This document shows positions 13,078 to 26,000 of a DNA stretch of 64,000 nt, piece by piece; the first letter of the stretch is position 1; the number at the start of each line of letters is the position of its first letter. The stretch lies in assembly GCA_043228905.1 (NCBI GenBank), contig JBHGNT010000009.1:5828001-5892000 (forward strand), read 5' to 3'. A program made the translations under genes and the position numbers. This DNA comes from Azolla caroliniana (Eukaryota; Plantae; Polypodiophyta). Below the pieces are notes generated by a model. The model had not been told where the DNA came from, made no database searches, and saw nothing but the letters and a program-made list of their open reading frames with translations.

Positions 13078-16000
13078 AAGGGGATACCAAAAACTTAGGG
13101 ACTTTACAATTGTCCACGGCACTCCACGCAACTATATATATATAGTTGTCCTCACAACATTTCCAATACATGCTCATATATGGAGACAAATGCAAGCATG
13201 TAACAACCAACACATGCATGCATACAAGCGTAAGATGATTTTGTAAGATGGCATGAAATTTTCAAGGTATACAATGGACAATGGATATATGCAATGTATG
13301 TTGTGCACACAACATATGTATGTATGATCACACACACGCACACATAAATACATGTAGACACACAAAATAATAGTGATGGATACAAAGATATGTATTTTAA
13401 GGTAAATTATCTACCAATGGAGTCAAAAGTTTGCATTTTCCAATTGTGCATAATGCATGGTGTGTATTTGTGTAGCACACAGTGCGGGATAACCATTTGT
13501 TACGTACAAGTATCGTGCAAATTAGGTAAGTACATTTGTGTGTACCATCTTCCCTCATGCACGTATTGACTAAAATTGAATTGATAAATGAGCTACAATG
13601 TTGTATGTGCGCAAAAACATGGTTTTCCATGTGTTGCAATGGTTACCGGACACCACCATACCCTTTATTTATAGTTTTTTTCTCGCGAAACTAGCACATC
13701 AAATGTTACTTTATTCCCATACTAATTAGACGAAAGAACATGTGTAATGAATATTAAGAAGAATTAATGAAATAAAAACACAATCAATATGTCCTCAATC
13801 CATTTTGTGAATAACCAACCTTGGCTCTGGGTTTAAATTACATTTTGGCCCTTTGCCACACTACTCACTTGTCCACTGATGGATCATCATGATAGTGGTT
13901 CAATGTTGACATGTTTGTTTCAATCAAATATATGCCAATGAGCTACACACGTACATGAGCTTCTTATAAATGTCACGACTACCACACATCCACAGTTTCG
14001 ATGATGACGCATTTCAATATCGACATGTTTGTTCGAGTTTATATGTATATACATATATTGTAGATGGACTATAGATAGATAGATAAACAAACAGAACATA
14101 GGAGGAGTTGCTTGTAAATGGTGGGTCGATGTGTGTCTTTATCATTTAGAAAGCATGACCGATGGATATCATTATTCAATAAAAAACAATAATGAATTAG
14201 TTTGTTGCCATGTGAACATTTGGAAGGACCACTTGCTTTTTAGGCCAAAATAAATAAATGTAAACGGAAAATAAATAAATAAAAGAAAATTATAGAATTG
14301 AGACACAAAACAAACAAGTTGATTCATGCTAATATCTAAATACTTGACCGGCAATAGCAAGTCAGGGAGTGAAAGAATCAAGTAAACTTGTTGGAAAAGG
14401 CAACCGACACAACCAGTCGACCTTTCTTAGAGGTGGGTCATATAGAGCACCTTCTTCCGTTGAAAAGGGATTGAACAAACTTTTATTAAACAAATAGAAC
14501 AAAAGGAGAGAAGAAGAATTGGGACTACTCATGTCTACATAGATATTTGTTTTTACCTACCATTCCATCAAGTCTCCATTACAAACAATTTCGTCATACC
14601 CCACCCCTTGGGTGTGTCACCTCATCATCCTTCCTCCCTTCTTGTAGTAGTGTTTGAGTCGAAATAAGTTGTCCCCATTACAAAAACAAAGATTTGATTA
14701 TTAAGATCTCTGAGTTGGAAATTACAACTGATGGGAACAAAATAGAACCGAGTTCTAGTCTCCTTATAATTTCCCATTTGATTTCATGCGCATGGAAAGG
14801 AAAGTCATGAAGATTAATACATGAAAATTTCCCCAATCATTTAGTTATGAATTTCCCTTGCTATCACCAATATTTTGTTTTATGAAATTCAAGTGGTTTT
14901 GCTCCTTTCCATACCATTAGTAATAGTTGTTTAAAGCATCCACACTTAGATTTAAAGTTTAAATGTTCATAGTTCCCCATCAAGTGTGAGGCATGTCTTC
15001 AATAAATGTTGACCGGACTTTAGCAAAATAATTTGTTCACAAAGGACATGGCTACTTGTCTTTCTCTACCATGTACATAGAAATCAAAACGATTTCATTG
15101 TCTTCCTTTTTTTCTCTCTCTTTGGAGGTATCATACCTTATTTGATGGACACCTAAGGATGTTCATGTCTTCATTAGAATGTTTTGCACCATTACTATGA
15201 TAATATTGTCACGTGTTGGAAGCAAGCAAACTTTATGCATTTGGATATATGCATAGAAACCAAAGTTTAGCTATTCTCTCTACAGTAAGCATTTGAGATA
15301 TCTTTGTGATTTTCAAATCTCGATATGGAGTTGACCTCGTTACAAACAAAAATTTGTAACTTTGTTTTATATATCATTAGTTTACTCAAATAAAACACGC
15401 CACTTTCTAGTAATTTGCAATATCAATATGCCCATTCACTACTAGATTAAAATGCTAGAAACTTTCCTATTCTTAGTGTTAACTAGAAACTTGCATTAAC
15501 CAGTTCAAATATTCTTGTGGGTGGAGTTATAACATGTGTGATATAATCATTTCCATGCTTCCTAAGGTCAACTTTTGTGGTTCTTGGGGAATGAAATATG
15601 TATGTTTTTACATTGAAATTGCTAATCCAATTCTATGTTGTGCTTAAGAAGTATCATAGTATCATGCTTCAAAAGCTGATGAAGTCAGCCACCATTGATC
15701 TCCCTATTGTCCCTTGTAATTAAATCACCACCACTCTCCCTAGATTCCTTTGTAATTAACCCACAAAAAGTTGACTTCTTTGCACATGTTGTAAGCATCA
15801 AAGAACCACATGACCATACATTAGAGGTCAAGTATGTTCAGACATTATTGAATAATGAAAGAGTTGGGAGTAATATTGTGTTATGAGAGTCTGAAATATA
15901 TTTTTAAGATCCATGGGAGACTGATTTGATCCATGGGATGGGACCGAGCCTATGGCGAGGATCAAACTAGTGTTTTCTCAATTTTATAACTTTGATGCTA

Positions 16001-16966
16001 CATATAAACTACCAAGTCAAAATTTTATGCATTCTGTTATATGGAGTGTGTCTAGGTTAAGGTTTCCTTAACAACAATATGATGTTGACAAATTGTCAAG
16101 TTCGGGGTGTTGCTCCAAATAAGTGATAGAAACATATTATTATGAACCATAACTTATCATTTGATCAGAACCAAAGAAGAAACATTTTGCGATCCTAACA
16201 AGGGCACATGCTATCCTTAAAGCAACACCATCACAACCAATAGCATGTGTATTGAGTTATGAGAAAAGTTAGAATGGATGAGGTCAAGCTATTCTTGAGA
16301 GACAGGCATGGAAGATTGCTTTAATTGGTAGCACATTCCCACATTTATTAGGAAATACTTGGTGGATCCAAACCTTCCCCGGAGTAAGTTCTCCCACAAT
16401 TATAAAAGAGGAGAAAGAGCATTGGTGTTGGAACTAGTTCATCACTCCTTCTGAAGGAGTTGTGTATTGTACTTCCAAGTCCAATACCCCAGAGAAACTT
16501 CAAAAGCTATGATGAATGCACAAAGGCCATCATAGAACATTTTTGAAGTAAGTAGAAGAGCTCCCAATTGTGCATCAAAATATGGGAGTTACAATGCCAA
16601 GAAGGATTGGTGCTCCTTGATGTTCAAAATCCTTTGCATGAGAACTCCTAGAATGCGATGATCTCATAGAAATGAGATAAATTCTAACCTCTCATAAACA
16701 TCCCACTAGATTTACATGTCTAATCCTACCCAAGGACACTTTAATGCTATTGGGCTATGCCTTACGAAATGGTATGCATCCAAATTTAAATTGTGTCAAA
16801 CCCAATTATGAATTCCTTGAACACTCTCTTTGTGTGACCTTTTTTTGCTTCAAAGTTCTTTAAATACCATGAAAATTTCATTTGACAAGATTCCAATGAA
16901 GTCAATGTCCAGATTGTCTGTGCCAATGTAACCGATGGTATCCAAGACGTGTAGTGACATCAGGTC

Positions 16967-17418
16967 TGTTACGGGCATGACCATATAATATCCCGTGGTG
17001 AGAATTTATTGTAGTATTCTATACACATGGATAAGTGTGAGGGTTAAATGAGAGTGTAAAGAAGGGGAGGATTACTTTTAATCCTTGGGATCGAGACAAC
17101 CCATTAGGCCAAGTGTGAAATTGCTTGGGGGCCTTGGGTATCGCTATAAATATGAAGGCCTAGCTACCCTCATTTCATCATATCTTGACTACGTCGAGAC
17201 TCTGTTTCATGGTGGGTCAACTCTTGTAGCGAGCGCACCAACACCAGGGACGACTCGACACCACGTTGGGGTATGGGACGCCGATCGAGGCTCGAGTCCA
17301 TCTCGATCCCTTTGCTCGGGGGTGGTCGGGTGGATCGACACCCTTCTTTCTCTCTCTCCTTTCTATCTATCTATCTTTTATCCTTATCATATGCTTACTT
17401 TAGAACATAACTCTAATA
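16967..17418 (+). repeat. Element A 5' LTR
   Basis: TGTTACGGGCATGACC...CTCTAATA; matches 33759-34208 with roughly 35 differences by eye (~8%). Confidence 0.95.
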
Positions 17419-17671
17419 GTTGGTATCAGAGCTTATGTTTCTAATGTTTCCTTTGTTTGTTTTTGTCTTCTTGATGGATGGTGATCGATTGACCTGCGGT
17501 CGACCTTGATCTAGATAGCGATCAATAAAGGAACTTCGGTAACTCTTTCTTGTTTTTTTTTCTATTTTTGCTTCTCCCATCTAATCATGTATATGGTCAA
17601 TATTGTTTTTTTTTTCCATTGATTCAATGATGTTGTAGTGATAATTAATTGGTTGTATAAAACATTTACAT

Positions 17672-17940
17672 ATGTGTATGAGGTCAATACCTCATTTGAC
17701 ATATATTTAATAATATGTGATTCGTGTCGTATGTGTGCGAGGTTAATACTTCAATTGCGTATTACGTTCACATACATATGTTACCTATGCGTATGAGGTC
17801 AATTCCTCGATTTCTATGTAAACGATATGCATTTGGTTTTGTATGTGTAAGAGGTCAATACCTCAATTGCGTATTTAAACGATTAACCCTTATTAATGGA
17901 TGTTTTGTGTGCGTAGAGGCTAAGGCTATATGCCTTGATT
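17672..17940 (+). repeat. Tandem ~56-59-bp repeats with a GAGG-N6-CCTC mini-hairpin core in the element A leader
   Basis: GAGGTCAATACCTC-like cores at 17680, 17739, 17795, 17851 and a diverged one near 17916. Confidence 0.75.
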
Positions 17941-19137
17941 ACGTCAATCTCGATTTAATCATATTTTGGCTATTTGATGTTGCGATTTTTCTTAATATAC
18001 GCATATGTGGTCACGTGTATACGTATTTGATTGTATATGTGTGATAAATATAGATATGTGTATGTTAGTTATAACGTAATTTCTATATCGAATGTTGTCC
18101 TTTTCGGGGAAAGGATCTTGGTGTCCGTCCTCACATTTTTGTGAGAATGGCGTAGTCATCGTCCTTTTTTCAACAATTTTTTTTTTGTCGACATCCCCAT
18201 TGGTCACTTCGATTTCGTTACGTAACGAAATGCTCTTAGCCACAATGATGTTGAGAATGTAGGGCTTGACCCACTTCATGTGAGGTCGCTCCTATGACAC
18301 ACATATCCAACATCACTCCCTCATTACATGGATACAATGCCACCATGAGATCATTCTTACGAAAGGCATTCGTAATGGTGTAACCATGTGATGGGCCACG
18401 TGGGCCTACTACGAAAAGAGGGCTCATTTGGCTTGACCATTAGGTTGCACTTTGGCGTATGCCATCGTAATTATGAGAGTTGAGGTTTGGTAACGTACCA
18501 ACATAGTTTGTGGTAAACGAGAGGGAAATAAGGACTCTTGACATATATGTTTCTTTAAAATAAAAACATATATGGGCAAATGCCTTGCATATATCTTATA
18601 TGCATAAAAATTAAACATTAAACATGAGAAACCTATTTGGTTAGCTCAAGTGTTTAATGCATTTGTTCTTGAGGTCTCCAGTTCAAGTATGACCAAGACC
18701 ATACAACATTATTGATACATATGACTATAATACATGTTTAGACTTTAGGTCTTGGTGCACTTCGGGGTCCTTGTAATAGGACTTAAAGAGCCGAAACCAC
18801 ATACGTGGGCACAAAAACATAGTTTATTGTTAACATTTTTTCCGTGTATAAACTATTAATGACGTGAACATACATGGTTGAGCCTTGGGGAGCCGCCATG
18901 AAAAAAATTGATATAGAGATCAGGGAAAGACATTCATTTGGCACCTCCATGGTTTTTAAAACACCTTTGTGTTACCATAGTAACCTGATCTTGAACCTTA
19001 TCTCATACGTCTAGAGGGGTATTGACGTGAGATCATCATATTGATTAATGTTGACCCATGATATATTTACATCACGACTTGATGTTATAACTATTTGTCT
19101 GACCTTATCCTATTTCTTTGCCAGAAATAATAATTCA

Positions 19138-20808
19138 ATGGCTCAGAATAACGACCCGATGTCATCCACTCAAGCGAAAGGAACTCAAGGAAATCCTCTT
19201 GGAGCAATCTCCATTGAGTCGTATTTCTTACAAAAACAAAATTTCCTTAGTTCAACCGCTCATCAGATGTCCGAACTTCAACAATCTCAAAGTGCTCTCG
19301 AGCCATGTGTAATTAGTTTACAATGTGACAATAATAGACTCGATGAGCGTAAGGGGGAACCATCATTTGTCGTAAAGCCATTTATGGGAGAAAAAAAGGA
19401 AAGAACCAAAGAAGCAATTTGCACGTGGTTGGGCCGATGGGAGTCTCATTTTGAGCTCTACGGAGTCTCATTTTGAGCTCTATCCCACGCCAGATAGTAT
19501 GAAGATTGCATATGTTGGCCGAGAACTAGGGGGTAAGGCTGCCGCTTGGTGGCATGGGCTCTGAACTTTGGGGAAATTGTTCGATACTTGGACAGATTTT
19601 GTCACAGTTTTTAAGGGTCAATTTCTGCAACTTCCCTCTCGAACCGAGGCAACACAAGCTTTAATGAACCTCTCTAGCAGGAAGTTTTCCTTGATAGAAG
19701 ACTATGTCCACCATGCTAGAACCCAAATCCAAAAATCGGGTCTAAAAGGGGACAATTGGTTAATAGCTTGTTTTGTCAATGGAATCCCCAATTCGGACTA
19801 TCATTGGATAGTGCACGATAAGGATCCAAAATCCTTTAAAGAGGCCGTTGAAATAGTTCTTCGCTATCAACACACTTCGAATAAGGACCATAACAAACCC
19901 AACGAAGCGCCCGAGACTAAGCAGTCGCATTTCACTGGGAAACGCAAGACACCCAACGAATTCATGGATCACGATTGTAAGCGACAACATCCTTTTTGAG
20001 TATTCTACAAAAAGAAGGGTCATACAAAAGAACAATGTCGAAAGCTCCAACGGAAAGAGCACGACAACAAAGCAAAAGTTGCAGACCATAAAGGTCAGAT
20101 TCCTAATGTCCTTGAGGTCTATACACATCATTTAAGTAATTGTTAATGTTCTTTCCCTCACTATGTATTGGGACCCAATGATTTAGTACGTGCAAATGGG
20201 TATGTCAATGGATCTCCCGTACAATTTTTATTTGATTCGGGAAGCTCACACAATTTTGTGAATGATCGTTTGGTTCAAATATGGGGAATCCAACCCACCG
20301 TAAGTGATCACACTTATAGGGTGCACTTGGTTGATGGAAGAGTACAATACATCAACAGGGCGATTTATTCATTAGGAATTTCTATTGATACTTATGTAGA
20401 GGAAGTAGACTTCCATGTAATGAATCTTTGTACCATTGATGTAATACTAGGTTATCCTTGGTTTTATAATAAAAACTCTTCTTTGTCTATTGATTGAGTT
20501 CGTCATTCCATTTCCTTTGTACTAAACGATTGTACTCATTTTATTCAATGTGTTAAAAAACAATCTCTTTCGATTGTTTCCTCTCCATCAATATCCGAGT
20601 TGTCTTGTTCTACTTTATTTTATTGTGTACTTGATCCAGACATTCACGTTTACCATATTGATAATGTCTCGGTTCAATTATCATATTTTGAACAACAACA
20701 ACTCAATGAAATCTTAAATGATTTTCATGATGCTTTTCCGAGTGAACTACTACATGGGTTACCTCCTAAACGTAATATAGACCATCGTATAGATATTGTA
20801 CTTGGTGT
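19138..20808 (+). pseudogene. Element A gag and aspartic protease (frameshifted, with stops)
   Basis: Retrotransposon-gag-like ..AAAWWHG..TWTDFVTVFKGQF; degenerate zinc knuckle (KKGHTKEQC); protease LFDSGSSHNFV...DVILGYPW; linker GLPPKRNIDHRIDIV. A 22-bp tandem duplication at 19440-19483 shifts the frame. Confidence 0.9.
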
Positions 20809-21923
20809 TGTTGTGAAGATCCGTCACTACGTGTGGATCGCAAGGCGGAACCACCGGGGTTCTGGATTGGAAGGACTCAAAGTTTGCACAAGCTTTAGCG
20901 AGAAAGTATTTAAGATAGATTGAAAGAGAGAGAGATTGAGATAAGATAAAACTCTTGACTCTAGATTTGAAGAACAAGATTAATACATCAATTGGATAAC
21001 GAATTTTCTTCTTAATTTTAATTTTGATATAAAGTACAAAGCTCCCCTTTGATCTTTTTCATCCCCCCTTTTATAGATGCTCCCATGCATATGATGATGT
21101 GAGGGTACAAGACATGCATACAATGCATGGAATGCATGTGATGCTTGTTTGCCATTTGGTGCTCATACATCACATGTCACTCAATCAAGCTCTAATATGA
21201 GAATTTACATATAAAGCTAATTTAATGATAAAAATATAATCCCTAAAGAAATGAATTGGCTTAATGGTAAGCATATTGCTTCCCATCTTGGAGGTGCAAA
21301 GTTCGAGTCTTGCTTACATCTTTTTCTTTTATGCACAAAATACTATTAGGCTTTTGGACCAAATATCTTTAAGACACCATGCACCACGATCAACCGACCC
21401 AACCGATCCGTACGATTTGCATCTGTTTGGTCCGGCCCAATCCGCATCCCGAACCGATTCGGTCTGCATCTCGAGTCGCTTACCGGTTTCCGTCGACTCA
21501 CCGGTTGCCGCTAGTTTTGGTTGGGCAAAACTTTTACAAATAGCTAGGCCACACTCACTCATCCAATTAGCTTAGTTCAACTTACCTTGAACTCTCTATG
21601 CTCCACACATAAACACAAAGATAATAGCTTTTGCTCTGCCTTATATATGGTGAGATCCTTATTTGTCCTGTCTATGTGGGATATCTCACAGTTTATTTTT
21701 CTCTTTTCCTTTGTAAACTTCCTACCCACATAACTTGAGAGTTAGATGTCTGTTTCTTATGTAGTAAAGTGCATTTAAAAGCTCTTGAAGACCTCCATCT
21801 TTTTGTACTAAGATATTAAAATTATTTAAAATAGTATTTTCACTATTATTTTTTTATATGATTCATACTCGATTTCGTATGTTTTATGCGATTTTCACAC
21901 CATTGCCGAAAATCTTCACGATA
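20809..21923 (-). mobile_element. Element B1: solo LTR (1115 bp) of a second family, inserted antisense in the PR-RT linker of element A
   Basis: Inverted termini TGTTGTGAAGAT...ATCTTCACGATA; 4-bp TSD GTGT/GCGT; removing it restores the host frame IDIVLG-VAPISV; reverse-complement homologous to 22295-22823 + 32835-33239. Confidence 0.85.
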
Positions 21924-22190
21924 GCGTTGCACCAATAAGTGTACTTCCTTAAGTCGATTCAAAGAGGATGAGGTATGTAAGCAACTCAATGACTATTTAC
22001 GAATAGGTTATATACGTTATAGTAAATCTCCATGGGGTGCACATGTTCTCTTGGCAAAAAAGAAAGAGGGCACATGGTGTATATGTATTAATTACCGACG
22101 CTTGAATAAAGTGACGATCAAGAATTCATATGCATTGCCCCAAGCTGACGATCTAATTGACTGTCTCCAGGGAGCTCGGTATTTTGAGTT
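21924..22190 (+). pseudogene. Element A reverse transcriptase N-terminal fragment
   Basis: [72 protein letters not shown], typical Gypsy RT start; breaks off near 22190. Confidence 0.9.
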
Positions 22191-23068
22191 ATGTGAACGA
22201 GGACATGGAGGAATCTGATTAATCACCATAGCCGAAATCTCACACTCTCTCTTCTTGGCACATATCGAAGGACGTGCGGTTTGGTGGGGGTGGATGTTGT
22301 GAAGATTTTCGGCAACGGTGTGAAAATTGCATGGAATGTACAAAATCGAGTGTGTGGTTCTTCACACAAGACATGAAACAATAATAGTGAAGATGTGTGA
22401 AGCATAGAATGTTCTTCGCCTAAACTGTGGCTTAACTACTCGGAATGGTCTTTGGAGGATGGGACCGGACAAACGACGATGGAACCAGGACCGGATGGGG
22501 ATGACGACCAAACTGGGACCGACATCGGATCGGATAGATCGGATCAATGGGTCAGATGCAGACCAAATGGACCGGAGACAGATCGATCAGATAAGTTGAT
22601 CGTGACGGTTTCGGTGCGAAACGAACAAAATCATCTAGACTAAAAAACCTAGTAAAATTTGTATACAAAGGGATGCAAGCAAGGCTTGAACCTTGCACCT
22701 CCAAGTTAGGAGGCAATAAACTTACCACTAAACCAAGTCATTTCTGTAGAAATATTTTTTCTATCATTATAGTTTTACATGTAAATTCTCATATTAGAGC
22801 TTGATTGAGTGACATGGTTATCATGTTGGCATAAAAGGCCGAATCCTTCCAAGTTGTATCCATTTGAGTGTGAACTCGTTAGTAAGTTAGGGCTTAGTAT
22901 ATATAAGCGAATACCTAACATTGTAATGGAGGGAAGTTGACGAGCAGACGATTGTAATCTCTGAGAGAGCAAATGCGTTGTGCAGAAATTAGAAGCTTTC
23001 TATTCAAGCTTGCAACCCTATATCTGCCGTCTCTATCTTCTGTGTGTATGTTGTTTGTTGTTCATAGC

Positions 23069-26000
23069 TGTTGAGCGGCAAGCTCAACTGGAGCCGGATC
23101 GGCTGAATAAGCTTGAGCCAGCAAGCGAGACGGATCGGTAAGCTATGAGCAACCGAGCCGGCAAGCAACAGAGCCGGTGAGCTGGGGAGCCGGTTAGCCG
23201 GATCCAATCAGTAATTGGAAGCCTAGTATTAGTGTAGACTACTAGGCAATTATAGACTCGTAGTAAGTGTCAGATGCTCGTGTGAGCATTGAAGTACGCG
23301 GTACTTCTATCAGTCCCACGAAGACTTGTATAAATAATGCTACTGAGCATAGTTGTATGTACAGAGTAATTATATCGTTTTTGAATATAGCTTTTACATT
23401 CTGCTCTCTCTGTCTCTCCCGCGTACTCTGTGTATTCACTACTTTCTCTGTTTTCTAACACTTCCGCAAGTAATTGTTTACATGGTATCAGAGCGCGAGG
23501 GTTAAGAACCTCCTCTCCAGCCGACAAACGCTTGAAAGCAAACCCTAACAGGTCGTAAAACAGTAGACAAAGAAGTGATGGATAGAGGGATGGCTAGCTC
23601 GCTCCCTATGGAGAAACTCGACAGATCCAACTATGCATCTTGGTCGTATAAGATGCACCAGTACCTGCATGCGCATGGCTACTAGAGTTTCGTCGAAGGA
23701 GCCAACGAAACAGCACCTGATGCGGCACATAAGGACTTCCCAGTGTGGGAACAATCAGCAAGCAGAGTGATGTACTGCTTCGCGTCCAGTGTCGGAGACC
23801 AGCTGCTGAGCCACATCCGAGACGCCAAGACGCCGAAGGAGGCTTGGGGGAACCTGAAGAAGGTTTTCGTCGCGAGCACTACAGCCCGAAAGCTACAACT
23901 CGGACAGGAGTTGAGCAATGTCCGACAGAAGGACATGTCGGTGGCGGATTACACGGCCCGGATCAAAGAGATCTGTGACTCGCTTGCCTCTATCAACGTT
24001 ACCGTAGAGGAAGACGAGATGGTACAGGTTTGTCTTGGGGGCCTGGCATCTAAATTTAGAGCGTTCCAAACGGCAGTGTGTACAAGAGAGAATACGCCGT
24101 CATTTTTCAACTTACAGTCGATCCTCCTTGTAGAGGAGAACCACGCCGGTGTGTCCACTAGTGCACCCACTGACAGCCGGATGTTGTACACGGAGGCAAA
24201 TCGGTTTCGTGGGCGTGGTGGAAGAGGCAGGTCGGCACGCAATGGAGGCGGCCAGCAAGAGCAAGAACGAAGGCACAGAGAACGTGCCGACAACAGTTCT
24301 GAGACTTCCACAGGCAGGGGGAGTCATGGCGACACCGGAAGACAGACAAGAGAGGTCAGCAACGGAATGTTGGTACTGTGGCAAAAAGGGCCACAGAGAA
24401 AGCGAGTGTTGGAGAAATCGAGCCAATTCAGACAAATCCGAATCCGGCAAGGCCAGTAAGGTGGCCGACAAAGCTCGCACTACGCGAAGGGATCGGGAGG
24501 ATCCAAGAACAGTAACGGGCCAGCCTTGGTGATGAAGCACGAGGCGAACTCGATGAAGAAGACCACTTCCAAATCGGAGGAAGTCTAGTATGTTGACTCC
24601 GGTGTGTCGAACCACATGACGAGCCACAAAGAGTGGTTCTCCTTTTTGGAAAAACCGGATCAACCAGGAGTAGTTGAAACCGGAGATGACACTCCTCACC
24701 CAATCGTGCACGTCGGAGAAGTCCCTTTGAGCCACGTCGGACAGAAGGGGAAGCTGATGAACGTATTACACGTTCCGACAATCACGAAGAACCTGGTGTC
24801 GGTCGGACAGATAGTCGACCAGGGGATGCAGGTGCGGTTTACGCACCTCGGGTGCTTCATCGAGGAAGAGGGCCAAATTATTGCGCAAGGGCGCAAAGAC
24901 GGGAGGATGTTTATCCTCGACACCAATGACGTCGGCACCGCTCTGTTTGCAAAAGGACAGAAGGTCGAATCGGACATCGATCTGTGGCACAAGCGGATAG
25001 GCCACGTCAATTACCGGAGGCTTCAAGACCTGCAAACGAAACAAGTTGTTTTCGGTTTGCCGAAATTCAGCGGCCGGTAGGCCCAAGTATGTGAAGCCTG
25101 CCAACTCGGGAAGCAACACCGGCTTCCATTCCCTACCGAATGTAACCGGAGCCGTAACAAGCTCGACCTAATCCATTCGGATGTGTGGGGACCGACACAG
25201 AGTGTTAGTCTTGACGGGAGTCGATACTTCGTCTCCTTCATCGACGACTATACGCGGCACACATGGATCTAGCTCATTTAGTGTAAGAGGGAAGTCTTCG
25301 AGTGTTTCCAGAGTCTACAAAGCATGGTGTTCCAGAAATCAACCACGTCAAGTCCCAGTTATCGGACGCATTTGAGATGAAGGATCTGGCAGACCTTCAT
25401 TATTTTCTAGGGATCGAGGTGATCCGAACCCCGGACGGCATATTGCTCTCACAAAGACATTACGTCTTGAATATGTTGTACAAGTTCGGCATGACAGCAT
25501 GCCGACCTGTAATCACACCCTTGGACCGGAACCAAAAGCTTCGTCCCAACTCCGGACCGGCCTGCAACGAGCAACGGTTCCGACAAATTGTCGGAAGCCT
25601 TATTTACTTGACTATCACGCGACCCGACAACAGCTATCTGGTCGGTATGATAAGTCAGTTCATGCAGAAGCCGATCGTGGAGCACCTTCAGTGCGCACAA
25701 CGGATATTGTGGTATGTCAGCGGCACCAAGGACCGGGGACTGTTTTACCGGCGAGGTATAACCGAAGAGCTCGTCAGTTACATAGATGCCGATTGGGCCG
25801 ATGATGCATCAGATCGCCGTTCAACCTCCGGTTACATGTTTTCCCTAGGTAGCACAAAAAGCAGCCAACCGTTGCTCTATCGAGCACTGAGGCTGAGTAT
25901 CGGGGCGCTACCATTGCCACCTGTGAAGCCATTTGGCTTCAGCGACTGCTGCAAGACTTACGGATCGAGGTACCAACCCCGATTCTGGTCTACTGCTACA

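Noticed and set aside
17672-17940. CRISPR-like repeat-spacer array
   Set aside because: Eukaryotic retroelement leader, degenerate repeats, related spacers and no cas genes.
21251-21320. Functional tRNA gene
   Set aside because: Acceptor, anticodon and T stems do not pair properly; only A/B-box-like motifs remain, inside an LTR.
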